Notes under the pieces: generated by a model
Database searches by the model: none
What the model was told of the DNA's origin: nothing
What the model saw: only the letters and a program-made list of their open reading frames with translations
Shown here: positions 40,093-51,765 of the stretch, in pieces
Numbering within the stretch: position 1 is the first letter of the stretch
Layout: every line of letters starts with the position of its first letter
Program-made: the position numbers and the translations under genes
From: a bacterium
GTDB lineage: Bacteria > UBA10199 > 2-02-FULL-44-16 > JAAZCA01
Reading direction: 5' to 3'
Assembly (NCBI GenBank): GCA_963674695.2
Contig: CAXXGI010000001.1
Coordinates: 32,001-96,000, forward strand
DNA length: 64,000 nucleotides

Positions 40093-41049
40093 ATGAAGCG
40101 CACTCCCACGATATTGATCGTCGACGACAACCCCACCACGGTGGAACTGCTGCGCATGCAGCTGAGGCCCTATCCCTACAGGCTCGAATCGGCCTTCGAC
40201 GGCGAGGAAGCGCTCGATGTCATCGGTCGAACCGCGCCGGATCTGATCCTCTTAGACCTGATGATGCCCAAGATCTCCGGATTTGAAATCCTCAAGCGCA
40301 TCAAGGGAGACAAGCACACCCAGTTCATCCCGATCATCGTCATCACCGCGCTGTCCGAACAGGACGACAAGATTCGCGCCATCGAACTGGGCGCCGATGA
40401 TTTTCTCGTCAAGCCGAGCAATCGGCTGGAGCTGATCACGCGCATCAAATCCTTGCTGCGCATGAAGCTGATGCACGACGATCTCGACACCAGCGAGAAC
40501 ATCCTCATCTCGCTGGCCGCAGCGCTCGAAGCCAAGGACCTCACCACGGCCGGCCACTCCGAGCGGGTGGCGGAGCTGGCGGTTCACATCGGTCAACACC
40601 TGGGAATCTCCGAGGGGGAACAGGAGACGCTGCGCAAGGGAGCGCTGCTCCACGACATCGGCAAGATCGGCGTGAAGGAATCGATCCTGCTCAAACCCGG
40701 GGCGCTCACGCCGGAGGAGACCGAACACATCCAGACGCACACGACGCGCGGGTATGACATCTGCGCGCCGCTCAAGAGCCTGGAGCCGGTGTTACCCATC
40801 ATCCGCTCGCATCATGAACGCATCGACGGCAAGGGCTATCCGGATGGCATCGAAGGGGAGACGATCCCCCTGTTCGCGCGCATCGTGGCGGTTGCGGACA
40901 CCTTCGATGCCATGACCACCGATCGCCCCTACCGAAAGGGCATGCCGCTCGAAAAGGCGATCTCCATCTATCAGAAAGAAATGCACGACGGCCAGTGGGA
41001 TCCCCGCTGCAGTCAGGCCCTGCTCGACATCCTTCAGGAACCATCGTGA
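40093..41049 (+). CDS. Response regulator with HD-GYP phosphodiesterase domain
   Basis: LIVDD..LLDLMMP..KP receiver; HSERV, HDIGK, HHERIDGKGYP and RPYRK. Confidence 0.95.
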   Translation: MKRTPTILIVDDNPTTVELLRMQLRPYPYRLESAFDGEEALDVIGRTAPDLILLDLMMPKISGFEILKRIKGDKHTQFIPIIVITALSEQDDKIRAIELGADDFLVKPSNRLELITRIKSLLRMKLMHDDLDTSENILISLAAALEAKDLTTAGHSERVAELAVHIGQHLGISEGEQETLRKGALLHDIGKIGVKESILLKPGALTPEETEHIQTHTTRGYDICAPLKSLEPVLPIIRSHHERIDGKGYPDGIEGETIPLFARIVAVADTFDAMTTDRPYRKGMPLEKAISIYQKEMHDGQWDPRCSQALLDILQEPS

Positions 41050-42089
41050 CCTATCCCATTCCATCCCCGATTCTCGTCACCGGCGCCGGGGGACTCATCG
41101 GTTCACATATCTGCCGCGAGGCCGTGCATCACGGGGCTCAGGTCATCGCCCTCCTGCGCGATGGAGAGAGCGCGGTCAATCTGAAATCGCTGCCGAACCT
41201 TGAAATCGTTCGGGGCGACATCCGCGATCGCGATGGGATGTGCGCACTGGTGCAACGGTCATCCGCTGTCGTTCACGCCGCGGCGCTCAACACGCTCTGG
41301 CATCGCCCCTCGCGCGACTTCCATTCGATCAACGTTCGCGGCACAGAGATCCTCTGCGACGCAGCGCTCAAGGCACGAACCCCTCGATTCATCTCTTTCA
41401 GCAGTTGCGAGGTGATGGGCCGAGCGCGCGCCCAGAGCACGCCGAACGAGCAGCACCGACTCGATTCCCGCCATGTGCGCGGTCACTACGAGCGCAGCAA
41501 ACTGGCGGCGGAACTCACCGTGCAGCGCGCCTGCGCACGCGGGCTCCCCACGACGATCCTCCGGCCGACGGCGGTCATGGGGCCTCAGGATATCCATGGC
41601 ACCCCGCCCGGACGCCTGGTGCGCGCCTTTCTCGCGCGCGACATCCCGGCCTACTTCGATGCCGGCATCAACATCATCGATGCACGCGACGTGGCCATGG
41701 CCACGATCAACGCGCTCGTGCGGTTCCGCCCGGATGCGACGTTCATCCTCGGCGGGCACAACACCGAGCTGGGCGAACTGCTCACCATGCTCGAAGAACA
41801 CTCCGGCATTCCGGCCCCGACGCGCACCGTCGGATACCGGACCGCTCTCGCCGCCGCCGCCCTCTTCGAGGGTCGCTCGCTCATCACGCGCAAGCATCCG
41901 GGACTTACCGTAAACGGCATCCGCACGATCCGTCATCCCTGGCACTTCGACAGCACCAAGGCGCGCCGTGACCTGGGGCTTGAACCGCGCCCTTTGAGCG
42001 AAACCGTGCGCGACACGGTGGAGTGGCACCAAAAGACCGAAGGACGAAGAACGACCGATCCCTTCGGGATCTCGGACGAAGGACGATGA
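41046..42089 (+). CDS. NAD-dependent epimerase/dehydratase (HpnA/dihydroflavonol reductase-like)
   Basis: TGAGGLIG, YERSK, LRPT...GP.D...TP.G; GTG start overlapping the upstream stop. Confidence 0.85.
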   Translation: MTYPIPSPILVTGAGGLIGSHICREAVHHGAQVIALLRDGESAVNLKSLPNLEIVRGDIRDRDGMCALVQRSSAVVHAAALNTLWHRPSRDFHSINVRGTEILCDAALKARTPRFISFSSCEVMGRARAQSTPNEQHRLDSRHVRGHYERSKLAAELTVQRACARGLPTTILRPTAVMGPQDIHGTPPGRLVRAFLARDIPAYFDAGINIIDARDVAMATINALVRFRPDATFILGGHNTELGELLTMLEEHSGIPAPTRTVGYRTALAAAALFEGRSLITRKHPGLTVNGIRTIRHPWHFDSTKARRDLGLEPRPLSETVRDTVEWHQKTEGRRTTDPFGISDEGR

Positions 42090-42144
42090 AGCTTTTTCGT
42101 CCCTCGTCCCAGAGAACGAAGTGAACGAACGTCCCTCGTCCCTC
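42039..42144. repeat. Heptamer-armed palindromic element (GGACGA / TCGTCC arms)
   Basis: Contains CGATCCCTTCGGGATCT and an AAGCTTTTT centre; same architecture as 49433-49532. Confidence 0.75.
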
Positions 42145-42195
42145 AAAACATTTCGCCACTCAGAAACATCCGCCTCACGATCAAAAGGAGAAACC

Positions 42196-42957
42196 GTGGA
42201 AGAATTATTCACAACAGTAATCCACCGACCCTATGTCTTCGCCTTCCTTGCCGCCTATCTCGTGCTGGCCTGGCGGCTCTGGGGATGGCGTCGCACGATC
42301 CTCTGGCTCGTCACCGGCTATGCCATCGCCTGGGCCTCGGAGTTCTCCTCGATCCACAACGGCTTCCCCTACGGCGAGTATCATTATATATACGCCAACA
42401 TGCCCGGCGAACTGATGATCGCCGGCGTCCCCTTCTTCGATTCGCTCTCCTACCCGTTCCTGATCTTTGCGGGATATACGACGGCCTGTTTCTTGACCGA
42501 TGGAGCGAGACCACGAGACCACGAGACCACGAGACCACGAACGATCCTACTCGGCGCCTTCCTCACGATGATACTCGACGTCATCATCGACCCGGTGGCA
42601 AAGCTCGGCTCACAGTGGTTTTTAGGCGATATCTACTGGTATGCACACGAGGGCTGGTACTTTCGCATCCCGTTCACCAACTTCGCCGGCTGGTTTTTGG
42701 TGGCGCTCGCCATCATCGCCGTCAACGTTCTGATCTGGACGTATACGCCAAAACGTTTTTTCCATCGAACCATCGAACTATCAAACTATCGAACCAATTG
42801 GCTCTACCCCGCCTTCTACCTCTCCATTGCGCTCTTCAACATCGCCGTCACCTGGTGGATCGGCGCAAAAGACCTGGGAATGGCCAGCTCCGGCATCTTC
42901 ATCGTCCTCGTCGCGGTGATGCTGGGTGCGGCGAACAAACGATCCCTCACGAAGTGA
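42196..42957 (+). CDS. DUF422 / CruF-like carotenoid biosynthesis membrane protein
   Basis: E..S...GFPYG.YHY, I.GVP, D..IDP and F.IP..NF.GWF; AAGGAG RBS with GTG start. Confidence 0.8.
   Translation: MEELFTTVIHRPYVFAFLAAYLVLAWRLWGWRRTILWLVTGYAIAWASEFSSIHNGFPYGEYHYIYANMPGELMIAGVPFFDSLSYPFLIFAGYTTACFLTDGARPRDHETTRPRTILLGAFLTMILDVIIDPVAKLGSQWFLGDIYWYAHEGWYFRIPFTNFAGWFLVALAIIAVNVLIWTYTPKRFFHRTIELSNYRTNWLYPAFYLSIALFNIAVTWWIGAKDLGMASSGIFIVLVAVMLGAANKRSLTK
42506..42540. repeat. 8-mer tandem repeat (CGAGACCA)x4.4 inside CDS
   Basis: Perfect repeats; a second 8-mer array (CYATCRAA)x4 lies at 42762-42796. Confidence 0.9.
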
Positions 42958-43330
42958 TTTTCTTCACCTCCACCAGAAATGCCTTGATCGTCTTGAGGTA
43001 CTCTTCGTTGGAAATACCGATGTAGTCATGCACCGCGAAGTTTCGGTCCGTGAGAAAACCGAGCCACCGCTCGACGTCCTCGATGAGGCCTAACTGTCCC
43101 GCCACCCGGATGGCATCCTTAGGGCTGTAGACTTCAAGACCGCGTCCATCCGCCTCGCGTTTGAAATGCTTCCACGCGTACTCGAAGCAGACCTCGAAGC
43201 TCTTCACGATCCCGGAGAAGAAGAAGGGGTCTTTTTTCGCCTCCTTCTCAAAGCTCAATGCATGTTCGAGCGCAGCGATTGAAGCACTGAGTTTTTCATC
43301 TCCCACCACCTTCGCTTTATTCTTCATCAT
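42947..43330 (-). CDS. HEPN toxin (HI0074-family NTase substrate-binding subunit)
   Basis: FE..FE.AWK, SPKD.IR and RNFAVH (RX4H) motif. Confidence 0.88.
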   Translation of the reverse strand: MMKNKAKVVGDEKLSASIAALEHALSFEKEAKKDPFFFSGIVKSFEVCFEYAWKHFKREADGRGLEVYSPKDAIRVAGQLGLIEDVERWLGFLTDRNFAVHDYIGISNEEYLKTIKAFLVEVKKITS

Positions 43331-43878
43331 GCCGCCGCCTTTCTCTGCAGTTCGGCCCAGTCCTGTTGGAGACCCGTAAGGTACGTCCAGCCGCGAGAGG
43401 CCTCACGCAGAAATGAGGCATCGGCGCAGCTCAAATTTACCACATCGACGAAATAAGGCAGGTCCTCAGCGAGATCGTCCTTGCGTCTCGCAATTTTGCG
43501 ATAGAGGGCGTGATCGATACCATCGCTCGAGAAAACGCCCAGGTCCCAGTCGGAATATTTTTTTGCCCTCCCCGTGGCGCGTGAACCGAAGAGGACAAAC
43601 GTCACATTCGGAAACTCGAGATGGAGCTGATCGATGAGCGTCGCGATCCCCGGATGCAACAAGGGCTTCGCCTCCGGCTTCGCAACGAGGATCTCCGCGG
43701 GAGTCACCCCTAACGCCGTGATGATCCGCTCGAATGCCGCTGGAAGGACAGCGCGCCCCGAGAGATAATGATGAATCGTATTGCGATGGACGCCCAGATT
43801 CTCCGCGAGCTCCTTAACGGAGCGGTACCCCTTCTCCTTCAGGGCGCGATGAAAACGCTCTGTATCCACGATGAACAT
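43327..43878 (-). CDS. HTH-fused minimal nucleotidyltransferase (MNT) antitoxin
   Basis: N-terminal ELAENLGVHRNTIHHY HTH; LFGSRATG...SDWDLGV and VDVV. Confidence 0.88.
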   Translation of the reverse strand: MFIVDTERFHRALKEKGYRSVKELAENLGVHRNTIHHYLSGRAVLPAAFERIITALGVTPAEILVAKPEAKPLLHPGIATLIDQLHLEFPNVTFVLFGSRATGRAKKYSDWDLGVFSSDGIDHALYRKIARRKDDLAEDLPYFVDVVNLSCADASFLREASRGWTYLTGLQQDWAELQRKAAA

Positions 43879-43893
43879 GGTATTATCATAATA

Positions 43894-43912
43894 TGCACAA
43901 TATTATTGTGCA
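43894..43912. promoter_or_regulatory. Perfect palindromic operator upstream of the HTH-MNT gene
   Basis: TGCACAATA-T-TATTGTGCA; an additional TGTGCA half-site at about 43928. Confidence 0.65.
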
Positions 43913-43993
43913 ATATAATATTTCAACTGTGCACTATACGAACGTGATCGAGGATGACAGAGCAGAGAGAGCCACCAGAGGAGCAGAAAAGCC

Positions 43994-45478
43994 CTACTCC
44001 ACCACAACCGTAAAGGATTCGGCGGTTCCGGTGACTTCGGCGCCGAGCGTATCGAGGCCGATGAGCGCCACGGTGTAGGTGCCCGCGCCGTCATCGATGG
44101 TGAACTCGTGTTTGAACTCGTAAACGGAACCGGATAGCGACGTGCGATTGGTGTCATCGTAGCTGCGTTCCAGCTCGACATCGCGCGTCGCGGTCTCGAC
44201 GGTCGCGCCGCCCGCATCGGTGATCGTGTACGCAATCTGGGCGATGCGATCGTCTATCGAGAACTCGTAGTTGTGCGTGCCCGCGGTCACCGTCGACGGA
44301 ATCGGACGTACCACGCCGAAGACGCTGAAGACATCGGTGGTCCCCACCGTCACCCCATCACTCACATCCAGATCGAGCTCGGTCGGCGTCGTGTCATCGA
44401 CATAATAGAGATTGTCTCCGAGGGTCGTCCCCGCATCCTGAATTTCGACGCGCGGCAGGACCAGGCGATCGTCCGTCGCAAAGGTAGCATAGGCGCCATC
44501 GACCGTAACGGAAGCCGCATCCCCGTTCACATAGGTGATCGTCGGCTCGCCGATATCGTAATAGTGAAAGACACTCCGCTCGCTCTCGGTCAGCTCATAA
44601 CGCACAAGCGCCGCGGTCTCGACCGTGTTCGTGGCGGAGGTCGCACGCACGTTGTAGATGAGCAAGTCGTTGTATGCCGCCGCGACGGTATCGATCGTCG
44701 TGCCGGTCAGATCGTTGACCACCTCGATGGAGTTGTTGGGCATAAAGCGGTCCTTGATCTCGTAGAGATTTCCCTCATACAGGAAATAGCCGGGGAAACG
44801 GTTGAAGTAGGCGCGGTAGTCGTTGGCCCTCGTAAAGGCAGTGAGCTTTTCGAGGGTTGAAGCAGGACTGAAGCGTCCGAGCGAGGCGTGTGTGAGGCCG
44901 AAGGTAATCTCCTTGGTGACATGCAACCCCTCCACATCGCCGTTCACTCCCCAAACGACGATCGTGTAGGTCCCCGCGGTCAAATCCTCCAAGGGGTTTC
45001 CGTCGGAATCGGTGTAGGTGGTATCAAAATCCTTTGTCGCCCCGCCCAGGATGACCCCGGCAAAGTAGTCGGTCGTCACGACCACCTTGTTGTTCGGGTC
45101 GAGGAATCCGCCAGGAACCTCGACGAGATCGGGCACCATGGTGATGCCGTAATCGCTGCCGCTGGCATAGTCGAGGTTGAGCGAACTCTCGGGAGTGACG
45201 CCGGTTTCCGGATCGACCTGGCTCTGGATATCGCGCACGAGTTCTCCCGTGGCAGAGCTGCCCCGATAGAGTTGAATGCGAATATCGCCCGGGGTGGTGA
45301 CCGTGCCGGAGTAGGAGCCGATGACATACAAATCGCGCAATTCGGCGAAGTTGGTCTCGTATTGGCTCGGCTCATCGATGACGAGCGTGAGAGCAGCGGC
45401 ACCGCCTCCGGAACTGGAACAGGATGCCTGCATCAGGATGATGCCGATCAGACCGACGAGCCAAAGGGATGGTTTCAT
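43994..45478 (-). CDS. Hypothetical lipoprotein, beta-rich and T/D/Y-rich
   Basis: MKPSLWLVGLIGIILMQASC lipobox followed by SSSGGG linker; Ig-like-looking C-terminus. Confidence 0.8.
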   Translation of the reverse strand: MKPSLWLVGLIGIILMQASCSSSGGGAAALTLVIDEPSQYETNFAELRDLYVIGSYSGTVTTPGDIRIQLYRGSSATGELVRDIQSQVDPETGVTPESSLNLDYASGSDYGITMVPDLVEVPGGFLDPNNKVVVTTDYFAGVILGGATKDFDTTYTDSDGNPLEDLTAGTYTIVVWGVNGDVEGLHVTKEITFGLTHASLGRFSPASTLEKLTAFTRANDYRAYFNRFPGYFLYEGNLYEIKDRFMPNNSIEVVNDLTGTTIDTVAAAYNDLLIYNVRATSATNTVETAALVRYELTESERSVFHYYDIGEPTITYVNGDAASVTVDGAYATFATDDRLVLPRVEIQDAGTTLGDNLYYVDDTTPTELDLDVSDGVTVGTTDVFSVFGVVRPIPSTVTAGTHNYEFSIDDRIAQIAYTITDAGGATVETATRDVELERSYDDTNRTSLSGSVYEFKHEFTIDDGAGTYTVALIGLDTLGAEVTGTAESFTVVVE

Positions 45479-45541
45479 ATAGAGGATTATAGCGGATATA
45501 CAGAAAGGCATCAAACAAGAGACGCAATATAATACAGGGGG

Positions 45542-48256
45542 TTAGAGGCGCTCCTCCTTGATCTCCTCGCCGTCGTAGCGCACGACCTTTTTGACGTTGT
45601 CGTAGATCGTCTCGATCCCAACCGGGCGACGCCAGATCGTGAAGAGATTCTTGAGGGTCTCACAGGCGTAATCGTACTTGAGGCCAACGCCCTCGTGAAT
45701 ATGCCGCAACATGAGCTCGCCGCGGTTGGCATGGTTGCCCTCGACCACCTCGATCATCGGCTGGCCGAAATTGGTGAGCTGAAAGAGGAATTGTTTCTTG
45801 ATCTTGTCGAATTCGCGACTGGCGACCTCATACTGATCGGTCGTCAGGTTATAGGCATAGATGAAGAGCCGATGCTTCTGACAGAACTCCGCCGTGAGGA
45901 ATTCATCGATGAAATTTACATCGCTATAGAGACGGCGAATCTCGAAGATCTTCTCGCGCCCGAGCCCCAATTTCTTGTCCCATTTCGCCTTCTCGACCAT
46001 GTCGTCGCACTCTTCATATTCACGACCAAAGCGACCTTTGTTCCAGCGCTCTTCGATATCGCGAAAGAGCTCGAGGCCGATCTTATACGGATTGATGCGC
46101 GTCGGACCCATGGCGACCGTGCCCGAGTGGTGATCCGCATAATCGATCACCTCCGAGTCCTTGAGGACCTTCCGCGTCATGATCGTCGAGTGCCAATAAC
46201 TATTGTGATTGATGAGTCCATGCGCGCAATAGCGATGCGTCTCGTCCACCGTTATGTCATAGACATCCGCCCGACCGCGCTCAATCGTGACGATCTCATC
46301 GGCCCAGTCCTCACGCTTAAACCACTTCCGATCCTCCACATATCCTACGAGACGTCGCTGCTTGCGATCGAGACCAAAACCGATCTCATCGAGGAAGACC
46401 TTTGCCGACCTGCCCAGGACATGCACATGCCAGATATCCTTGGGCTGCGGCCGCCTCGTGGAGAGAATACCGAAATTGAGCAAAAGCGTTTGAACGACCT
46501 TCGACATCTCGGTGCTCGCCGTCGAGAGGATCACGCCGTGAGGTCCGGCATAGCCGTCGCTATCGAAAAGAGCGCGCAGGAAAGCGGAAACCACCGACTT
46601 CGGCGAGCGAAGGATCGCCGGCGGCACGGTTTTTTCCCGCGCGCACGGACCTGTGTGCAGACCCATCGCCTCGAGAAGATCGCGAAGCATCTCGGATGAA
46701 ACCGACGCGCGATAACGGCCCTCGTCCTGTCGCACCGTCGCCTTGAGTTCAAAGAGCTCTTCGCACAGCGCTTGAAACCTCTCGGCTTGCACCTCATCCC
46801 CTGAGGTGAATCCGATCGTTCTCTTGACCGCGCTGATATGGCCATCGCCGATGAGATACCCGAGAAAAGCACCGAAGGACTCGTTTACTGCTGAGGGCAC
46901 CGCGATTTCATAGCGTCGCGATGGCAACAGCGTCGCCTGGGCATCATAGGTGGCCAAAGCCGCATCGATGGCCGTGGCACTGCGCGAACACACGCTCCCC
47001 GCGCGATGCCGAATAACCGTCCAGAGACTCACGCCGGCATCACCAGCAACATCGGTCAACGTTCGACGACCTCTCGGCTCCCAATCGACATCGACATACT
47101 CAGAGGACCAAAGGTTTGCTCCCCCGCTCACCGCCACCCGATCCCCGGCGTGCAGCTCATCGAGCTGTTTCCAAGTACGGCCATCGTCCAAGAGGACACG
47201 GTGATTGGTCGAACCCTCCAACACCAGCCCGCGTCTCGTCGTCACACACACCGTTTCGCGATCGGAAAACGAGGCCCAGTCGATCACGTCCTGTCGCTGC
47301 TGCCCATCATGGATGGCAATCCCCTGTCGATTCGACACCAGCTCACCCATGGGGATAAGACCGCGATCGGTGTTCACGAGCGTACCCGAGGTCACACAGG
47401 CCCACCCCTCATTGAGTATCTTCGTCTGCCCCTGGGGCATGAAGTAGTAGGCCTCTTCGCGCATCATGGAGACCACGTCGCGCTCCCACGCCTCGAGTGG
47501 CGCGTACTCGAGCAGGAAGCGCAGGACATCCTTCTCCGGATGCTCGGGAAAATGCCGCTCCTGCTGCATCTCCTCATCGAGGTGCTTGCGCTGCTCATCG
47601 AGAAACGCCTTCGGATTGATAAACTTCTCCAGATACGGCCGCTCGGCATGCAACTTTTTTACCGCTCGGCGCGGGTCCTGGTCTTCCATCGATGGCGGAC
47701 GACGCCGCTTGATCGCCGGGGCATGGTAATCGATGAGCGAATCAAGGGAGAGGCAGGCGTCGATGAGACTCTCGACCCGATCCTGCCCAAACTTGTCGAT
47801 ATAACCCAGGATGCGCGTCTTATGGTTGGCCATCTCGTCCAACATTTTGCGGTTGGTGTGCGCGAAATAAACGTTGTTCTTGAAGAAATCGACATGCGCG
47901 TAGACATGCGCCATCACCAGCTTCTGATCGACGATGTTATTCGAATAGAGCAGATACGCATACGAAGGATCGGTGTTGATGACCATCTCGTAGATCTTGG
48001 AGAGCCCATAGGCATAGCTCTTCGAGAGCTGCTCATACTCCATGCCGAAGCGCCAATGCGGATAGCGGTTGGGAAAGCCCCCATAGGCGGCCACCTCGTT
48101 GAGCTGGTTCCAGTCGAGCACCTCGAAGATGACGTCATAAAAATCCAGACCATAATCGCGCGCATGCTGCTCGATCTGTGCCTTGAGTTCGGCCAGATCC
48201 TTCGGCAAGGAAGTCATGTATTTCGGAACGTACTTTTGTGCTTCTTTCTTTTTCAT
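45542..48256 (-). CDS. spoVR: SpoVR family protein containing an intein
   Basis: GFPNRYPHWRFG, KIYEMVIN, MAHVYAH.DFFKNN, QTKILNEGWA|SYWH and NPYKIG. Confidence 0.93.
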   Translation of the reverse strand: MKKKEAQKYVPKYMTSLPKDLAELKAQIEQHARDYGLDFYDVIFEVLDWNQLNEVAAYGGFPNRYPHWRFGMEYEQLSKSYAYGLSKIYEMVINTDPSYAYLLYSNNIVDQKLVMAHVYAHVDFFKNNVYFAHTNRKMLDEMANHKTRILGYIDKFGQDRVESLIDACLSLDSLIDYHAPAIKRRRPPSMEDQDPRRAVKKLHAERPYLEKFINPKAFLDEQRKHLDEEMQQERHFPEHPEKDVLRFLLEYAPLEAWERDVVSMMREEAYYFMPQGQTKILNEGWACVTSGTLVNTDRGLIPMGELVSNRQGIAIHDGQQRQDVIDWASFSDRETVCVTTRRGLVLEGSTNHRVLLDDGRTWKQLDELHAGDRVAVSGGANLWSSEYVDVDWEPRGRRTLTDVAGDAGVSLWTVIRHRAGSVCSRSATAIDAALATYDAQATLLPSRRYEIAVPSAVNESFGAFLGYLIGDGHISAVKRTIGFTSGDEVQAERFQALCEELFELKATVRQDEGRYRASVSSEMLRDLLEAMGLHTGPCAREKTVPPAILRSPKSVVSAFLRALFDSDGYAGPHGVILSTASTEMSKVVQTLLLNFGILSTRRPQPKDIWHVHVLGRSAKVFLDEIGFGLDRKQRRLVGYVEDRKWFKREDWADEIVTIERGRADVYDITVDETHRYCAHGLINHNSYWHSTIMTRKVLKDSEVIDYADHHSGTVAMGPTRINPYKIGLELFRDIEERWNKGRFGREYEECDDMVEKAKWDKKLGLGREKIFEIRRLYSDVNFIDEFLTAEFCQKHRLFIYAYNLTTDQYEVASREFDKIKKQFLFQLTNFGQPMIEVVEGNHANRGELMLRHIHEGVGLKYDYACETLKNLFTIWRRPVGIETIYDNVKKVVRYDGEEIKEERL
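46202..47398 (-). mobile_element. Intein (399 aa) with LAGLIDADG homing endonuclease
   Basis: Begins CVTSGTLV; block B STNHRV; FLGYLIGDG and FLRALFDSDG; VYDITV; ends INHN before Ser+1. Confidence 0.95.
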
Positions 48257-48303
48257 ATCACCTGACTGGCCTGACTGGCCTTTCTCGCCTGACGAGCAGC
48301 GTT

Positions 48304-49398
48304 CTATTTGCCCTTGCCCAAAAACGTCTTGATCGAATCGACGATCGCGCTGCGATCCGCGATCTTGGAGGTAATGATGCGCTCGTCCTCCGGAAATCGC
48401 TCGGACAGATCCTTCAGGAATTGCCCGCTGCCGTACTCGCTCTCGACCTGCCCGTAGCAGAAGACGTTGCTGATCGGCATGATCTCCTTGTCGAGAAGCC
48501 GGAGACACTCCTCGGTATCGTTGCCAGACCAGTTGTCGCCATCGCTGAAGTGAAAGGGATAGATGTTCCACTCCGTCGGCGGATAATGCTCCTTGATGAG
48601 TTCCAAAAAGAGCTTATAGGCCGACGAGATGATCGTCCCACCGCTCTCACGCGTATGGAAGAAGGTCTCCCGATCGACTTCGCGCGCGACCGCATCGTGG
48701 ATGATGTAGCGCACATCCACGCCCTTGTATTGTTTGCGAATCCAGGCATCGAGCCAGAAAGACTCGAGACGCACGACCTCTTTCTGCTCCTGACCCATCG
48801 AACCCGAGACATCGAGCATATAAATGATGACCGCACGGCTGCGAGGCGTACTCACTTCCTTCCAGGTGCGATAGACGCGATCCTCGCGAACGGGGATGAT
48901 GAGCGGGCGACGTGGATCGTAGGTGCCGCTCATGACCTGTCGTTTGAGCGCCTTGCGGAAGGTGCGTTTGAAATGCCGAAGGCTCTCAGGGCCCGTCGGC
49001 GCCATGCCGGTGTACTTGATGTTGCGGCTATCGAGATCCTCGGTCCCCTTCGGAAGGATGCGCGGAAGTTCGAGCTCTTCGCCGAGCATATCGGCCAACT
49101 CGTCGAAGCTGACCTCCACCTCCAGCAGGTGATCGCCGGGGGCGGAGCCCGCCTGTTTGCCATCGCCCGGCTGAATCCCCTCGCCTTCACTGCCATCCCC
49201 CTGCCCGACACCGCCCTTCTCCTTGTCGCCATAGACAAAGCGCGGAATATCGATGCGCGGGATAGGAATGCTGACCAGGTCCTTGCCCTGCTTGCCAATC
49301 AGCTCGCCATTCGAGATGAATTTGCGCAACTCCTTCTTCACCCGACCGCGAACGATCTGCTTGAAGCGCGAGACATCTTTGTCAATTTTTTGGGCCAT
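48304..49398 (-). CDS. yeaH: YeaH/YhbH (DUF444) vWA-like protein
   Basis: [34 protein letters not shown] and FHFSDGDNW. Confidence 0.92.
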   Translation of the reverse strand: MAQKIDKDVSRFKQIVRGRVKKELRKFISNGELIGKQGKDLVSIPIPRIDIPRFVYGDKEKGGVGQGDGSEGEGIQPGDGKQAGSAPGDHLLEVEVSFDELADMLGEELELPRILPKGTEDLDSRNIKYTGMAPTGPESLRHFKRTFRKALKRQVMSGTYDPRRPLIIPVREDRVYRTWKEVSTPRSRAVIIYMLDVSGSMGQEQKEVVRLESFWLDAWIRKQYKGVDVRYIIHDAVAREVDRETFFHTRESGGTIISSAYKLFLELIKEHYPPTEWNIYPFHFSDGDNWSGNDTEECLRLLDKEIMPISNVFCYGQVESEYGSGQFLKDLSERFPEDERIITSKIADRSAIVDSIKTFLGKGK

Positions 49399-49432
49399 AA
49401 AATCACGCGAGACGATCGCTCATTTCATTCGC

Positions 49433-49532
49433 TTGGGCGAAGGGCGATCGATCCCTTCGGGATCTGGGGCGAAAAGGCTTTTTCGCCCATCGCCCAAGCG
49501 AGCAACGCTCGCGGTCGCCTCCTCGCCCTTCG
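49433..49532. repeat. Heptamer-armed palindromic element (GGGCGA / TCGCCC arms)
   Basis: CGATCCCTTCGGGATCT hairpin and AAAAGGCTTTTT centre. Confidence 0.75.
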
Positions 49533-49538
49533 GTTTCG

Positions 49539-51653
<2,115 letters not shown>

Positions 51654-51700
51654 AGTGCCTCCTGGGTAACTCCGGCGCAAAGGCCGGATTGATCATGTTT

Positions 51701-51716
51701 TGCGGAATTCGTTCCA
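51701..51716 (-). promoter_or_regulatory. Putative sigma54 promoter of prkA-yeaH-spoVR
   Basis: Minus strand TGGAACGAATTCCGCA (GG-N10-GC); E. coli yeaGH is sigma54-regulated. Confidence 0.5.
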
Positions 51717-51765
51717 ATCACTCGCATCATAACAGAGCTGCAGACCCTTTTCAACTGCTGCCCTC

